From positions 69,089 to 133,088 of the forward strand of contig CT868071.1 in NCBI GenBank assembly GCA_000165425.1: 64,000 nt of DNA, in the 5' to 3' direction. A program made the position numbers and the translations under genes. Source of the DNA: Paramecium tetraurelia. Lineage: Eukaryota. Under the pieces are notes generated by a model. It was not told the DNA's origin and did not search any database. It saw only the letters and a list, made by a program, of their open reading frames with translations. Below are positions 1 through 12,494 of the stretch, in pieces. The stretch's first letter is position 1, and the number at the start of each line of letters is the position of its first letter.

Positions 1-1560
1 TGGTTAACGTCAGTATACCTTAAAATACAACCAAAAAGTTAGAAATCCAATTCATAGATCCAAATTTATTGTGGGACTGTTAGACTCTTATCTACAACTA
101 TGAAAAAACATAAGATCCTACACTTGGTTAAATTCTGCAATCTCCAGAGATTTAAGATAAAATCTAACAAATTAACCCAACCGATCTGATTTATATCTGT
201 ACATCAGCTTACTAACATGATGATACAGATGAAAATGATAAAATGTCAAGTTTAAGGAAGAAATTGAAATACAAAAAGTTATACATCAGGAAGGCTTTGC
301 AATCAGAACTCAATATTGAAAAAGACAATAAAATTTGTATAATGATACATGAATCCTTCAAGTAAAATGCTTAATATCAATGGAAGAGAGAAATTACTCC
401 TGCTTTCAACTTCTATTTTGATAAAACCAAAACTACCCATGCTGACATACATAAATTTATCTTTGATATTCATGTTGGAGTCTTAGCCACATTTGAAGAC
501 CTCCCCAAATATTAAGGCAACAATTGGAGCGAATATTATGAAGAGAATATATTAGACAAGGTTTATTATTTAGAATTCAAATCCAATTAAAATTGGTAAG
601 TTGAGTGTGCTTATTGCAATGCCAAATCATGCAATGATTGTGTATGTGCATATGTTTAAGACACTTGTATTGAAAAATATATATAAAAAGAACCTAAATT
701 AGAAATTGAAGTATTTGTAGTCTGGAAAAGAGGATTCAAATCAGCTAGCTCTGTTGATGAGTTATACAATGATTGGTTGAAACATCATCAAAGGAAATAA
801 ACAGATGTTGAGGAATTGCCAAAATAATTAACTGATCAAGAACAAACATAAGAAGTTGTCGATGATGCAAAATAATAAGAAAACATATCTGATGAATAAT
901 CTGCTTAGAAATAAAATTTCACTACATGTCTCGTACCTATTGAACCTGCAATACCAACAATCTAACCTACTAATGTTTAAGGTGCAACTGAAAAATCAAT
1001 GAAATTAACTGAATGTTTGAAATTCTCTGAGCAACCTGAATAACTAGATGAAGAAAATACTTGGTATTGTAATCAATGCAAAGATCATGTGTATTTTATC
1101 CATTTTAATCTATTAGCCGTGCTTTTAAAGTCATGGAAATCTATAAGACACCTAAAATATTGATATTCCATTTAAAGAGGTTCAAGAACTCCAATAAATT
1201 TTTCAAAAGCAAACTTGAAACCTTAATAGATTTTCCAATCGAAAATTTTGACATTAGAGAATTTGTTTAGAATCATCATTTACCATCTGATTTCGCTAAT
1301 GAAAATCCTCAAAATTCAAGTATTAAATTTAATTAAATTACGAGAAATCAATGATCCCTATTTATTATGATCTATACGCAATTTCTAATCATTTTGGAGG
1401 ATTGGGAGGTGGACATTACACAGCCTTTGCTAAAAACTACTATGATAACACATGGTATAATTTCGATGACAGTTCAGTGCATCCTATAAAAGAAGAATCT
1501 GTTAATTCAACATTAATTACAAGCGCAGCCTATGTATTATTTTATCGCAGAAGAGAATGA
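1..1560 (+). CDS. Ubiquitin carboxyl-terminal hydrolase (USP/peptidase C19, USP4/15-like), 5' truncated by window
   Basis: Code-6 translation gives [56 protein letters not shown] (His box), WYNFDDSSV and [13 protein letters not shown]. Introns at ~1091-1116 and ~1320-1344; the second has a frame anomaly (see findings). Confidence 0.93.
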
Positions 1561-1968
1561 TATTCAAAAAGCAAAAATATAAATATATTTATATTAATAA
1601 ATTATATTCTAATCTGTCAATTAAAGTAACCATTAAAATAATAATAAATTTCAACTAGAATAAAACAGCCTATTCTATAAATTTATCTATGATAGTAGCT
1701 TTTCCCTATATAGAATAACTATAAAACTCTGATGACAACTATCTAAATTTTTAATTATCTGCCACTATTGCTTTTTCTCAGATACCTAATTCAAAAGATC
1801 TTTATTTCTTGGTTACTTTTTGGTTTCTACATTTCTTAAAGTTTAGATTTTGCCAAATGTTCAAGAAAATTGAGAATTTTCATTCTAGTTATTTATTCAA
1901 TAGAGCGAAAGGAGAACAAAGAATTTAATAGTTATCAAATTATATCATATATATATGTTTATTATAAA

Positions 1969-3858
1969 TCATCTGCTTTATTGGTATTAATCTATTATAT
2001 ATTAAAAATACTGATACATTATCCGTAGACTGGTGCTTTATTTTGATAATTGAATTAGAAACTATCTAATTCAGCTTAGGATGTGTACAACTAAGGCTAT
2101 TGATTCTACATTGGAGCTATAGGAATCTATTTTTTCTATTCTAATTCTTATTTTTCTTTTTTCAAATCAAGCATGCCTAATAAATCAGGTTAATTAGTAT
2201 TTGTGCTTTTAGGTTGAGTGGCTGAGACAAAGTCACCAAAAGCAAATTCATCTTACTATTATTTTGTTTAATTAGCTTAATATGTTGGAACTTATGGCTT
2301 TACATAATTTTGATTTTGTTGTTACTATTAGTAATTATTTATTTAATAATTTTAGTACAGATTAGGTTATTAATATGTATTTTATTACTATTATATGGGA
2401 TATAGATTTTATTATACTTAATTTTATTAATATAATAATTATTAAGGCTATTAATAAAATTGTTGTTAATTATTTTGTTAAGAAGGTATTTATTATCCAA
2501 AGAGAATAGGATCTTGTTATTGTTATTAAGATGTTGGTGGTGTAAAAATGTCATTAGGTAATAAATTAGTCTATACCTTCTATTAAACTTAAGGTTATGG
2601 AATTTGATTACTAACAGGAGTAGCAGTTTAAAATTGACCCCATTCATTATTTTGATTATTTGCCTATTGAGAGGGAGGTGGTTATAAAGGTGGAACAATT
2701 TATGGTTATTATGGAGGTGTTTGTTAAGGAGCATCAAAAATATCTAATAGATTTTTTTATTATTATTATTATTATGGTTGTTATTGTTATTATTATGGTT
2801 GTTATTATTATTACTGTTACTATGGCTGATGCTGCTGTTATTACTATTATGTCTTAGGTCCTGGAACATCCCACTTTTCTCCAGGTTTAGCTAATCTCAT
2901 TACAGGTTCTGAAAATGGTACCGCTGATGTTTATTATGAAGGAGTTGTCCATGATATTCCATTACAACTTATATTAGCATTAGTATTAGAATTATTATTT
3001 GTGTTATTATTAGTATGATTATTATTTGTGTTATTATTAGCATTATTATTATTATTACTTGTACCTCTGTATCTATCTAAGCCTCCTCCACTCTCTAAGC
3101 CACCATTATTATTTTCTGCTTTATAGATATTGAATGCTTACAATAATTTGTTGATTATGATGAATTGGATTCTTATCCATATTTTGGCTTATTGCCTTCA
3201 TATGAATTACTTCCATAACCTTGATAAGATGTGTTACTTCCAATAGCTCCAACACCCCCAGCAGCTTATATTTTAAATTTAATGTTACCTGCCAATCGTT
3301 CTCGTATCTTTTTAGCACTCTCTCTTTCTTCTTCAATCAACTTTTCATTGCTTAACAAATCTACTAATTGTTTAGTCTTATCACGAACTAATCATTATTC
3401 ATTTAATTACTTGAGAGACCCTTGTCGGAACCTTGTTCAACTAGAAAGAAATCAGAGAAACTTCTGATTTTGTAGATATTGTCTCTGAATTCTCCTACAC
3501 AACGAGGTGCTCCATTCTTTGTCAAATATTCTATCATATTGAGAGTCTAGTATTATTTTATGAAGGAATCATACTTTCAAAATTCTACGCCACTCTCTAT
3601 TATCTGAATCAAGACGTTTCCAAATGAATTTCATAATCGTATCGCAAGATGTACTAAAATATTCAACAAAACATTCTTACTATCCATATGATGCCTCTGC
3701 TACTTCTTATAGCAATTTAGTAGGAGTATTCCAATTCTCGTTAGATGTTGCTTCAGATAATGTCTACTCCAAAGGAGATTTGGTAAGCTTATCCTTGCTG
3801 GGGTAAATTGAAATTCATACATCTATTGAGCTGCTTCCTTGATAGCTTGTAGGTTCAT
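1969..3858 (-). CDS. ENTH-domain protein, EpsinR/CLINT1-like
   Basis: N-terminus MNLQAIKEAAQQI-KDKLTKSPLEQTLSEATSNENWNTPTKLLQEVAEASY (ENTH). Long Q/N-rich tail with adaptor-type motifs NEWGQFQTA, DEFAFGDFVSA, DLLGMLDL. Several tiny introns. Confidence 0.88.
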
Positions 3859-3983
3859 TTTAAATTAATTAATACAATTAATATCTGATTGTGCAATATA
3901 AAAAAAAACAGATATATATTGACAAAGTTTATTTTCTATTTATTTTGAGCATTCAAATCCCTCAACAAAGGCCAAACTCAATA

Positions 3984-5100
3984 TGGATTAACCTAAAATG
4001 TTCTCTTTTTGATTTGATAAAATTACTAAAAAATAATGAGGCTACATGAAGAATACTAGGAGTTGATTCAAACCAAATTGTAAGATAGGATAACAATATT
4101 TTTGAAGAATTTATTAGATTAGTTTAAGTCATTGCAATTTTTAAGAATTATCAAGTTTACTTTATATTATAAATTTTGCTAAACAAATGAGAAAGTAAGG
4201 TTTTTCTCGCATTCTATAAAATTCCTTTTAAACCAAAGACAGCTATTTTTTCTTAGAATTCTCATACTAAAGCTAATGTTATCTCAAGAAAGACTGAAAA
4301 GTAGCCATTATTTCATAAAGAATAACGATGAAAAGCTAAGAATATTTATGGTTTTAAAATATTTAGATTAAGTATTGATATAATAATACAAAAATTGGAA
4401 AGCAATAAATGCAGATATCCTTCTGCTTTCATAGCTATAATTGAAAATTACAAAGATTAAATGTTGTAGTGTAAATTTTATTAATAAAATGATCATTTTA
4501 TTAGAGATTAAGTTGTTTTATTCGATAAATGGTTCAAAAAAATTTTAGTCCTAACTTTAACAAAGCACCATTTAAAAATTTTTATATTATCTTCAAGAAA
4601 GTGAATGATTTAGAAGTCATTAATTAATGATATATGATTTCTGATCGAATTTTCAATAGGTTAACTCAAGATTATTGGTCCATAATAAATTTAGTTAAAA
4701 ACTTTTGATGGAGTTTCTGATATAAACATTTTATGTAAATTGAATAATTGTTCAAAGGAAGATATAAAACATCAAACTTTGTAAAAGATATTGTGGAAAT
4801 AAAACAATTTTAGTTCGATAGGATGATAAGAAACCACCATTTTTTGTAATTGAATGATCCTATCATTTGATTTTATAAGTTAAAATCAAGTTATTTTAGA
4901 TATTTTTGTGGCTACTCTTATTATAATCATGAAAGCAGTTGTTCTTAATAAGTATTCTATTTGATTTCGATAATTATAATGAATTATCAAGTCAATTTTA
5001 TGATGAAAAGCAAGTATTGCTAATTATATAATTTCAAAACCATTTGGAAATTGATAATTCAGGTTAGATCTCAGCAGATCAAGTTAAAAATAAAATATAC
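3984..5100 (+). pseudogene. Possible decayed gene remnant
   Basis: Unusually long intergenic tract with codon-like segments interrupted by multiple TGA stops; no recognisable domain. Confidence 0.25.
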
Positions 5101-5251
5101 TCAATTATTTAATGGCTAGATAGATGATATTTTCAAGGAGGGAACACAAAAATGAAATAATAATTTATATTATATATGAAAATAAATATTCGTTTTTCGA
5201 TTTTTTAGCACAAATAAATCCTCAGACGTATGTCAATAATAATTACAATAA

Positions 5252-6465
5252 ATGTTAAAACTAACTCTTTGTGTATTGTTAGTGCTTGGTGCAACAGCCA
5301 TCAATGTCTAATCATCCGTCTGGACAAATCGTGACTAAAAGGCTCTTGCTCAAATTCATACATCTGGTTGGGGTAAGTTCATTTTGAACTATGCCGAACT
5401 TCATATGTAAACAGGAGGTATCCTTTCTGAACTCAACAGCGAAATTGAAAAACTCGTAACTATTTATCGTAACTAATTTCTAAGGTTGGTGAATTGGAAG
5501 AGGAATTAGCTGGAGTCCATCACGAATTCAATAGAAGAACAGATGTTCACAACAGAGAAGTTGCTAGACTTGAATAAGAAATTCAAGACAAGGAAAGAGG
5601 TATAATAAAATATGATGGTTTTAGAACTCTTCAATGCTCATGATTTCTATGATAACGTCCTCATCCCATAAAGAGATAGATTTGCTGCCTAACTTGAATA
5701 ATTATAAGAAAACATTGCTTAAAACAGAAGAACACTTTCAGAAGCTGAAGTCAAAAGAGAAAATGATCACGAAACCTTCGAATCAGAAGTTGCTGAACAC
5801 AATGATGCTATTAGTGCTATTGATGAATGCCTTTAATTGTTGAGCACAATCGCTACCCCATCTCTTGCTTAAATCAAAAAGGTTTAAAAGAACCTCAGCA
5901 AAATCCAAAGTTCATTGAAAAAACACAACTAATTCCAAATCTTCGTTAAAGTCCTTTTGGAAATCACAGTTGAATCTAACTTTGCTGACTAAGGTGCTCT
6001 TAGAGATGTAATTCTAACAACTTAAATGATAGATTGTTGTTGCTTTCAATAATTTGAGAGTTGAATTGGTTGATTCACTCAACTAAATCACTGCTGATGA
6101 AGCTTAAGCTGTTACTGATTTCAATAACTAAGTCATCTAATTAAACCAAGAACATGCTGAATTCTAAAGAGCAGTTGTTGTTAAGAATGCAGAAATCGAA
6201 GCTAATGCCAGTACTATCTCAATTTCTAATCAATTTAGCCAAGATCGAATAAACTCTTGACCTCATCGATGAACTTGATGCTGACTTGGAAACCCTCAAT
6301 GGATAATTGTAAGCTGAAAACGATGACTATGCCTTCGCCACTGATGTTTACAATGCCACCGTTGCAGAATACAACAAGGAAATCAACGCTGCCAACTAAG
6401 CCTTAGAATTGCTCAACTAACCAAGATTCTAAGATTACGTCAAATCATAACTCAAGGGAGCATGA
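5252..6465 (+). CDS. Trichocyst matrix protein, T1 family precursor
   Basis: Signal peptide [16 protein letters not shown], then [98 protein letters not shown] and QPRFQDYVKSQLKGA-TGA. Closely resembles Paramecium T1 TMPs as I recall them; four tiny introns; biased codon usage. Confidence 0.92.
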
Positions 6466-6558
6466 TCTATTAAAATAACATCAATCAAAAGTTATCACCA
6501 TTCTATCAATCTTCTATTTTCTCATTTTTTTAGTTAATTTATTTTATTTCCTTTTAAA

Positions 6559-9500
6559 ATGAGTTAAACTCCACCATCTGAAGCCCAGATCTAAACTCTA
6601 AAAGAGGAAATACTTCAACTACAATTTGAATTAAGCCAGTACTCCTATTTACCATCATAATCTATTAGATAAAAGTAAGAAGCAGATGAAAAGGACGAGT
6701 TTTACAACAGCGAAATCGAGGAAAGAGACCAAACCATTGCAAAACTCAAGGCCGGTTTCTCAGAATCTGATTCCATGAAGTAATATCTAATTGCAATATC
6801 AACAAAGATTGATTAGCCAATTATAAGATTAATTGAAATAGTTGAATTACGATTATGATTAACTTCTGATGGAGAAAGGAAGTTACTAAAGTGATACTAA
6901 AGAATCATAAAACTAAATATCAGATGAGCCAATTTAAACAAAAGAGTAATATTTTTAATTGTAACAGAAATGAAATTATTACTCTCAAAACGTAGATACA
7001 AAATGAGAAAGAATTAACACTCAAATTGCAACAATAAATAAGCACATTATAAGCCGATATTGAAAATATGATAAATGAAAAACAAATGGAACAAGAAGAA
7101 GATAACAATGAAGAAATCTAATAATTTTAAAAGTAATTCATTCTTCATAGTAAAAAACAGATAAATAGACATGTATAAGCAGTAAATCAATACATTAGAA
7201 TCTGAAAACTAAAAGTTGAAAGCCATATAAACTGAAAGTTCAAATTATGCTCATCAAATATTTAAATTAGAATAATAGATCTCTATTTAAGTTAATTAAA
7301 TTACTCAATTTGAAAAATTAAAGTATTGAGATATCATTAAATCTTAGAAAATAATATGAAGAATTGAAGGAGGAATCCTAAAATTATGAAGAGACAGAAG
7401 AAAAAATAAAGGATTTAGAAGATCAAAAAGATTTACTCCAAAAAAAAACAAATTAATACTTAAATGAAATTAATGAACTAAAAGAAGAAATTTAAGTTTT
7501 AAAATTGAAACCTTCGACTGTTCTCATCAACCAATCGGATAACGAAGAAATTTTAAGAGAAAATGAATAATTAAAGTAGATATTGTATTTATCAATCTTG
7601 TAGGTAATATTTAAATGAGATCGTAGAACTTAATACATAATTGAAGCATGATAATTTCATCATCTCCGAAGAATATAAGTATTTATAATAGGTTAATTTT
7701 CTATAAGAAACCTTAAAGAATCTAACGATTAAATTGTTACTGAATCTGCTAAGCTACTTGATGAAAATCAGTAATATTGTTTTATATTTAGATATGAGAT
7801 TGATTCATTGAAGGAATAGCTAAAAGATCAATAATTTTTGGAAGATACCATTACTAATTATAAATAAGCTCAAGAAATCTACAAGTAAAAAATATAAGTC
7901 ATGGAAAAAGAAAAAAATGACTTGCAAGAAACATTAAACTAAGAAAAGTAAGTATACAAGTAAATAAACCTTAGATAAAAATATGAAAATGCATTTAATT
8001 AAGTTAAAGAATTATTGTAAAAGAATGAGTTTGATCAATAAAAGTTAATTAAATGTGAATAAAACGAGCAAGATTTGAGGGATTAAATTCAATAATTAAA
8101 TGTTTAATTAGAATAAATCCAATTCTAAAATTAAAAAACCACATTCAATGAGAATAATGCTTAATAGTTACTTAATGAAAATAACCAATTAAAACAAGAA
8201 ATCCATTAATTACAGTAATTATATTTAAAATATCCAAAGGGTAGCAAGTCAAAGAGAGGCATTTTAGAAGAAAGATGAATTTGCTTAAATAAAAGAATAA
8301 TTGTAAGAATGGGAGAACCTTACTTAACTTGTCTCTGGAAACCTAAATGCAATTAATTCAAAGGATGTTAAAGTTTAATAATTAAGTACAAACAAATATC
8401 AATATTAGTCAACTGTTTCTTGAATTATTAAGAGACAAATTTGTCCCATTAAAATCAAATAGAAATCTTGCAAAATGAACTAAAACAACATAAATTAGAA
8501 TTGAATAAATCAAACTCTGAAAAATTAAACCTAGAAGAATAGTTGGTTTTACAGAAAGCTTCAGAAGAATAATTAAAATAAAAAACTGTCAGAAAATCAA
8601 TATACCACAATTAAATTCAGAGTAGCGATGATTTAAAGTAATTCAATATAAAAGTTAAGATAATAGTATGAAATCTTGCAGTCAAAGTATGATAGTTTGC
8701 TTCTGATGAAACAGAGATAAGAACAAAGCGAAAAAAAAAAAATATTAGAGAAAGAACAAATAATTTAATTGGAACTTGAAAATTCATCTCTTAAAGAACA
8801 AATATAGTAAATTACCACCTAAAAAGAAAAGATAAGAAGCAAAAGAGAATCTTTAGCATAAAACATTAAAAATGTTAATGATACTATTATAGAAGATTTC
8901 AATAAAAAAATTTAAGAGTAAAATTAACTTATTGAATAATATGAATAGAAAATTAGGGATCTAGATCAATAATTAAAATAATAATAATTTATTCAGGTAG
9001 ATCAATAGGAAGATTGTGAATAGTTAGAAACAGTAGAAGAAGAAAACCATATTCCTCTAATTAGATAATTTGATGAATCTGAATACACTGAACAAATTTA
9101 GTTAAAAGAATAAAATGAATTGCTTTGGAAATAAATTAACGAATTAAAATAGTCATAAAGTATTTTTTATTTAATACTTAGACAATGATGAGCTGAAATA
9201 ATTACGTGCCTAAAATGCATTATTAAAATAGGAATTATAATAATACAAATAAAATATTTAACAAATGTCAAATATTGAAGGGTAATTTTAACAATATAGT
9301 CCGTTGAATATTCTTAAAGTGCAGTCGTTTTTAAAATAAAAGGACAACAAAAAGCCTAAAGATAAAATTAAGAAATAATAATTAGTTTTAGAGAATGAAA
9401 GCAATCCTGTTTCAAAAAAAAAAGAAATAATTATGTAAAAGTTGATTTAGGAATAAAATTAAAAGATTAATAAAATATAGGATAATTATGAATAATTAAT

Positions 9501-9726
9501 GATATTATTAAAAAATATCATTTTAGACATTAAGCAAAAATAAAATCAATTAAAAATTGAAGAATTAACAAAAAAGTCATAAGTCTTACAATATTTAAGC
9601 AAATTAAGGCAATCTACTGAAATAATACTCAACAAATTAGTGCTAGTTTAAAATAAAAATGAAATATACAAGTAATAATACTAATAGTAGCAACAATAAA
9701 TTTAAGATTCTGAAGATCTTATTTGA
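6559..9726 (+). CDS. Large coiled-coil protein of unknown function
   Basis: MSQTPPSEAQIQTLKEEILQLQFELSQ...; E/Q/K/L heptad-rich ORF kept open by many 20-30 nt GT-AG introns; ends DSEDLI-TGA. Confidence 0.75.
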
Positions 9727-10190
9727 TTATTTTTTTCATTTATTAATCATCATTATATTAAATCTCGTTCAATTATATCTATTTAAGAGGGGTACTGAAA
9801 ATATTAATCATCAGATTAATAATATATTTTTAAGCTAAATAATCAACATTTTAAATTACTATTTAACCTTAATTTATTTTCAAGATTTATGTATTGATAT
9901 ATTTTTATAATAAAACGTTTTATTTTTGTTCGATATGTTGATTAAATTCTTTATCATTAGATTTTATTAAAGGTTAAATTATAATTGCTAATGATTACTT
10001 TCAATTTATAAGTTATTTGGATATTATTTCATCCTAAAATTATCGAAATAAAGTGAGATTTCCTTATATGAAATTTAGAAATTCAAAACTTTCTTAATAA
10101 ATTTCTTGTATTAATGTTGAGGAAGTTCTAGAAATATGTAGGGGATCAAAATGATAAAATTTAATTAATTTTTATTTAACGAATTATTAT

Positions 10191-10799
10191 ATGTAAATGC
10201 AGATTCCAAAAGACATAGTAAGGCTTCAATTTGATTATCAAAGTTTAATTAGTAGATATTAAGGATTAGAATAAGTATGCAAAAAATAAGCAAATGAATT
10301 AGCCTAATTAAAAAAGATAAATGAAGAAGTAAAAAGTAATGCTGAAAATTAAGAATGTGGCAAATGTAAAAAATTGTAGGTGCAAATTGATTAATAAAAA
10401 TAACATAACAAAGAATCAAACCTAGAAATTGAATCATTATAAAACTCTTTGAATTTAAAGAAAATATAATTTGATGAATTTCGAGAATAGGTCTAAAATG
10501 AAATGGAAAATAGGATAAAGTAATTTGAAAATTTAAATTAAGTGACTCTTGAACGGTTAGATAGAGTTTAGAAAGATAATTCTCTTTTTGAAATTTTATT
10601 AAGAGAAAGAGACTTAAGAATCGAATAATTAAATTAAATTATATATAATTAAGAATAACAACTACAGTAAGAGAGTTAAGAAGATAATACTTGGAAAAAG
10701 AAGTTTATTAAAATAAATAAAGATTATCATAAACTTTTATCAGAATACAATTCTGTAAAAGCTGATTTGGATGCTATGTATGTAAGCTAATGTAAATGA
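10191..10799 (+). CDS. Hypothetical coiled-coil protein (3' end uncertain, may extend to ~11074)
   Basis: Open code-6 frame MQMQIPKDIVRLQFDYQSLISRYQGLEQVC...WKKKFIKINKDYHKLLSEYNSVKADLD. Confidence 0.6.
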
Positions 10800-11124
10800 G
10801 TTTTATTATATTCATGGGAATACTATACTAAATTAATTTTATTCATAAACTAGCAAACATACAATTGTTTAATATTGACTCTTTAGAACGCTAAAATTAT
10901 TCAAAATTCTCTGATTATTTTAGCAAAGATGCTTCATATCAAGAAAATAAATAAATTTATCATCTTCCTTAACAACTTTGTCAATCGTAATTTCTGAAAT
11001 AATTAAATCATATACCAATTTACTCCGTCTAAAATACAATGTCAGAAAAATAGGTGAATTTGGCATCTGGATGATCAGATGTTATTTAAATAAGTTAGTT
11101 TAGTGGTTGCTTCTGTATCTATCC

Positions 11125-11136
11125 AAATCCCATAAA
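11125..11136 (+). promoter_or_regulatory. Upstream/proximal sequence element (USE/PSE) of the tRNA-Sec gene
   Basis: AAATCCCATAAA, with core CCCATAAA at -59..-52 from the tRNA 5' end. Matches the core and spacing of the element known upstream of ciliate snRNA and telomerase RNA genes. Confidence 0.65.
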
Positions 11137-11158
11137 TATTTTAATAAAAATATTAAAT

Positions 11159-11164
11159 TATAAA
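11159..11164 (+). promoter_or_regulatory. TATA-like element of the tRNA-Sec gene
   Basis: TATAAA at -29..-24, the position expected for a type-3 Pol III promoter. Weak on its own in AT-rich DNA. Confidence 0.4.
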
Positions 11165-11187
11165 TGAATTAATTTGCTTAAATAATT

Positions 11188-11275
11188 GCTCTGGTGAGTG
11201 GGGCTGGTGCTCCGTCAGGGCTTCAAACCCTGAAGGTGCCGAGAGGCACAGCTGTTCGATTCGGCCTCTGGAGCG
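11188..11275 (+). tRNA. tRNA-Sec (anticodon UCA)
   Basis: 88-nt GC island folding as: 9-bp acceptor GCTCTGGTG/CTCTGGAGC with a U.U pair at the 8th position; 6-bp D stem TGGGGC/GCTCCG with 4-nt loop TGGT; 6-bp anticodon stem TCAGGG/CCCTGA with loop CT-TCA-AA (TCA at 11223-11225); long variable arm GTGCC-GAGA-GGCAC; 4-bp T stem GCTG/CGGC with loop TTCGATT; discriminator G. This is the canonical eukaryotic 9/4 tRNA-Sec fold. Confidence 0.96.
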
Positions 11276-11280
11276 AATAA

Positions 11281-11287
11281 TTTTTTT
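11281..11287 (+). terminator. Pol III oligo-T terminator
   Basis: T7 run 5 nt after the tRNA-Sec 3' end. Confidence 0.75.
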
Positions 11288-11312
11288 AATTTCAATTAAT
11301 ACTAAAAAATAC

Positions 11313-12494
11313 TCATTTACACACAAAAACTGGTATACCACAATAAATGGTTATTTTACAGGTCCTACATTCAATTTGATTACGTTCATCAAAGCACTAT
11401 TTACAACATTATAAATGGTAGCAAGGTATAAAAATGAAGCTTGCAGGTCTACTTTTGCAATGTATACATCTTGTACCTGAATTACAATATGCAAAATTAA
11501 ATTTTGATTTTATTTAATCCAATCCAGGATATTCTTTTTTAAGCATATATGGTTCAAGTTAATTCATAATATACTTTCCAACTTAATAGATAGTTAACAA
11601 TCCAAAGATAACCATAGAGATTTTTGTTAAATTGATTTTAGTTTTTAGTATTCTAAGTTTTCCCATAATGTTTGCTTCTAAAAAATATTTTAATCTGACA
11701 AAATCATTTGCAATGGCCTTTACATTTGTTACCCTCACTTCATTGTCAAGCATTATTGCAGTACATTTCATGCATAATTAATTACCCTTGCTGACTGAAA
11801 AGGGAGTGGGGTATTCCCAAGTTATTTAATTTCCATCAAATAACGTATTTGTACCTACAATTTTTTAACTTATATATTCAAATATTAATAGTTTCTATTT
11901 GGGATGTTTCTTCAACTCAGAAATTAGCCCTGAATATATTTAGTTTTCATCAAAATCTTTAAGAAAAGCAGATGAGATCATATTTGATTTTCTTATAAAA
12001 TCAATATGAATATTTTCAGAAACAAATTAAGTTAATTTTGGGGTTAGCGCCTAAGATAAATCTGTTCTTTAAACTTTTTTTCTAATAATTTGATCTAAAT
12101 TATTCGAATTCACGCTAAAGTTTAGATTTCCTAATTGCATATTCGTATCCATTTATACATAAAGAAAAATGTTTTTAAATATAGTCATTTTTCCATACTA
12201 TTTATATTATGGTAGTAAATAAGTAAATTCATCATATTTTCCATCTCTCCAAGACTCATCTAATAGAATCAGAAGATTTTTGTTTAAAGGAGATTATAAC
12301 TTGATTTTATCCTATAATGTAGTAATTTTTTTTTGCTTTCTTTTAAATTTAAGATAACAACAAAAACTCAACAAAAATCCAGCTGCACATGACAAAATGC
12401 CAAATTTAGAACTCTTTTTAGTAGTTAGAACAATGTTAATTGCTTATATTATGGGATTTCTCACAACATAATCTAAATCTGCATTTCTTCTCAT
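11313..12494 (-). CDS. Membrane-anchored C3HC4 RING E3 ligase with MUL1/SP1-like architecture
   Basis: Intronless 393-aa ORF. TM1 FGILSCAAGFLLSFCCYL, intervening domain, TM2 ISMVIFGLLTIYQVG, C-terminal RING CIHCKSRPASFIFIPCYHLQCCKQCFDERNQIECRTC. Confidence 0.82.

Noticed and set aside
2330..3060. TTA/TTG microsatellite tracts and the ORFs called on them (also 41620-41760 and 61620-61740)
   Set aside because: They are poly-Gln/Asn coding tracts (TAA/CAA/AAT) within genes under code 6.
11153..11341. 62-aa minus-strand ORF
   Set aside because: Antisense to the tRNA-Sec; the GC island is fully explained by the tRNA fold.
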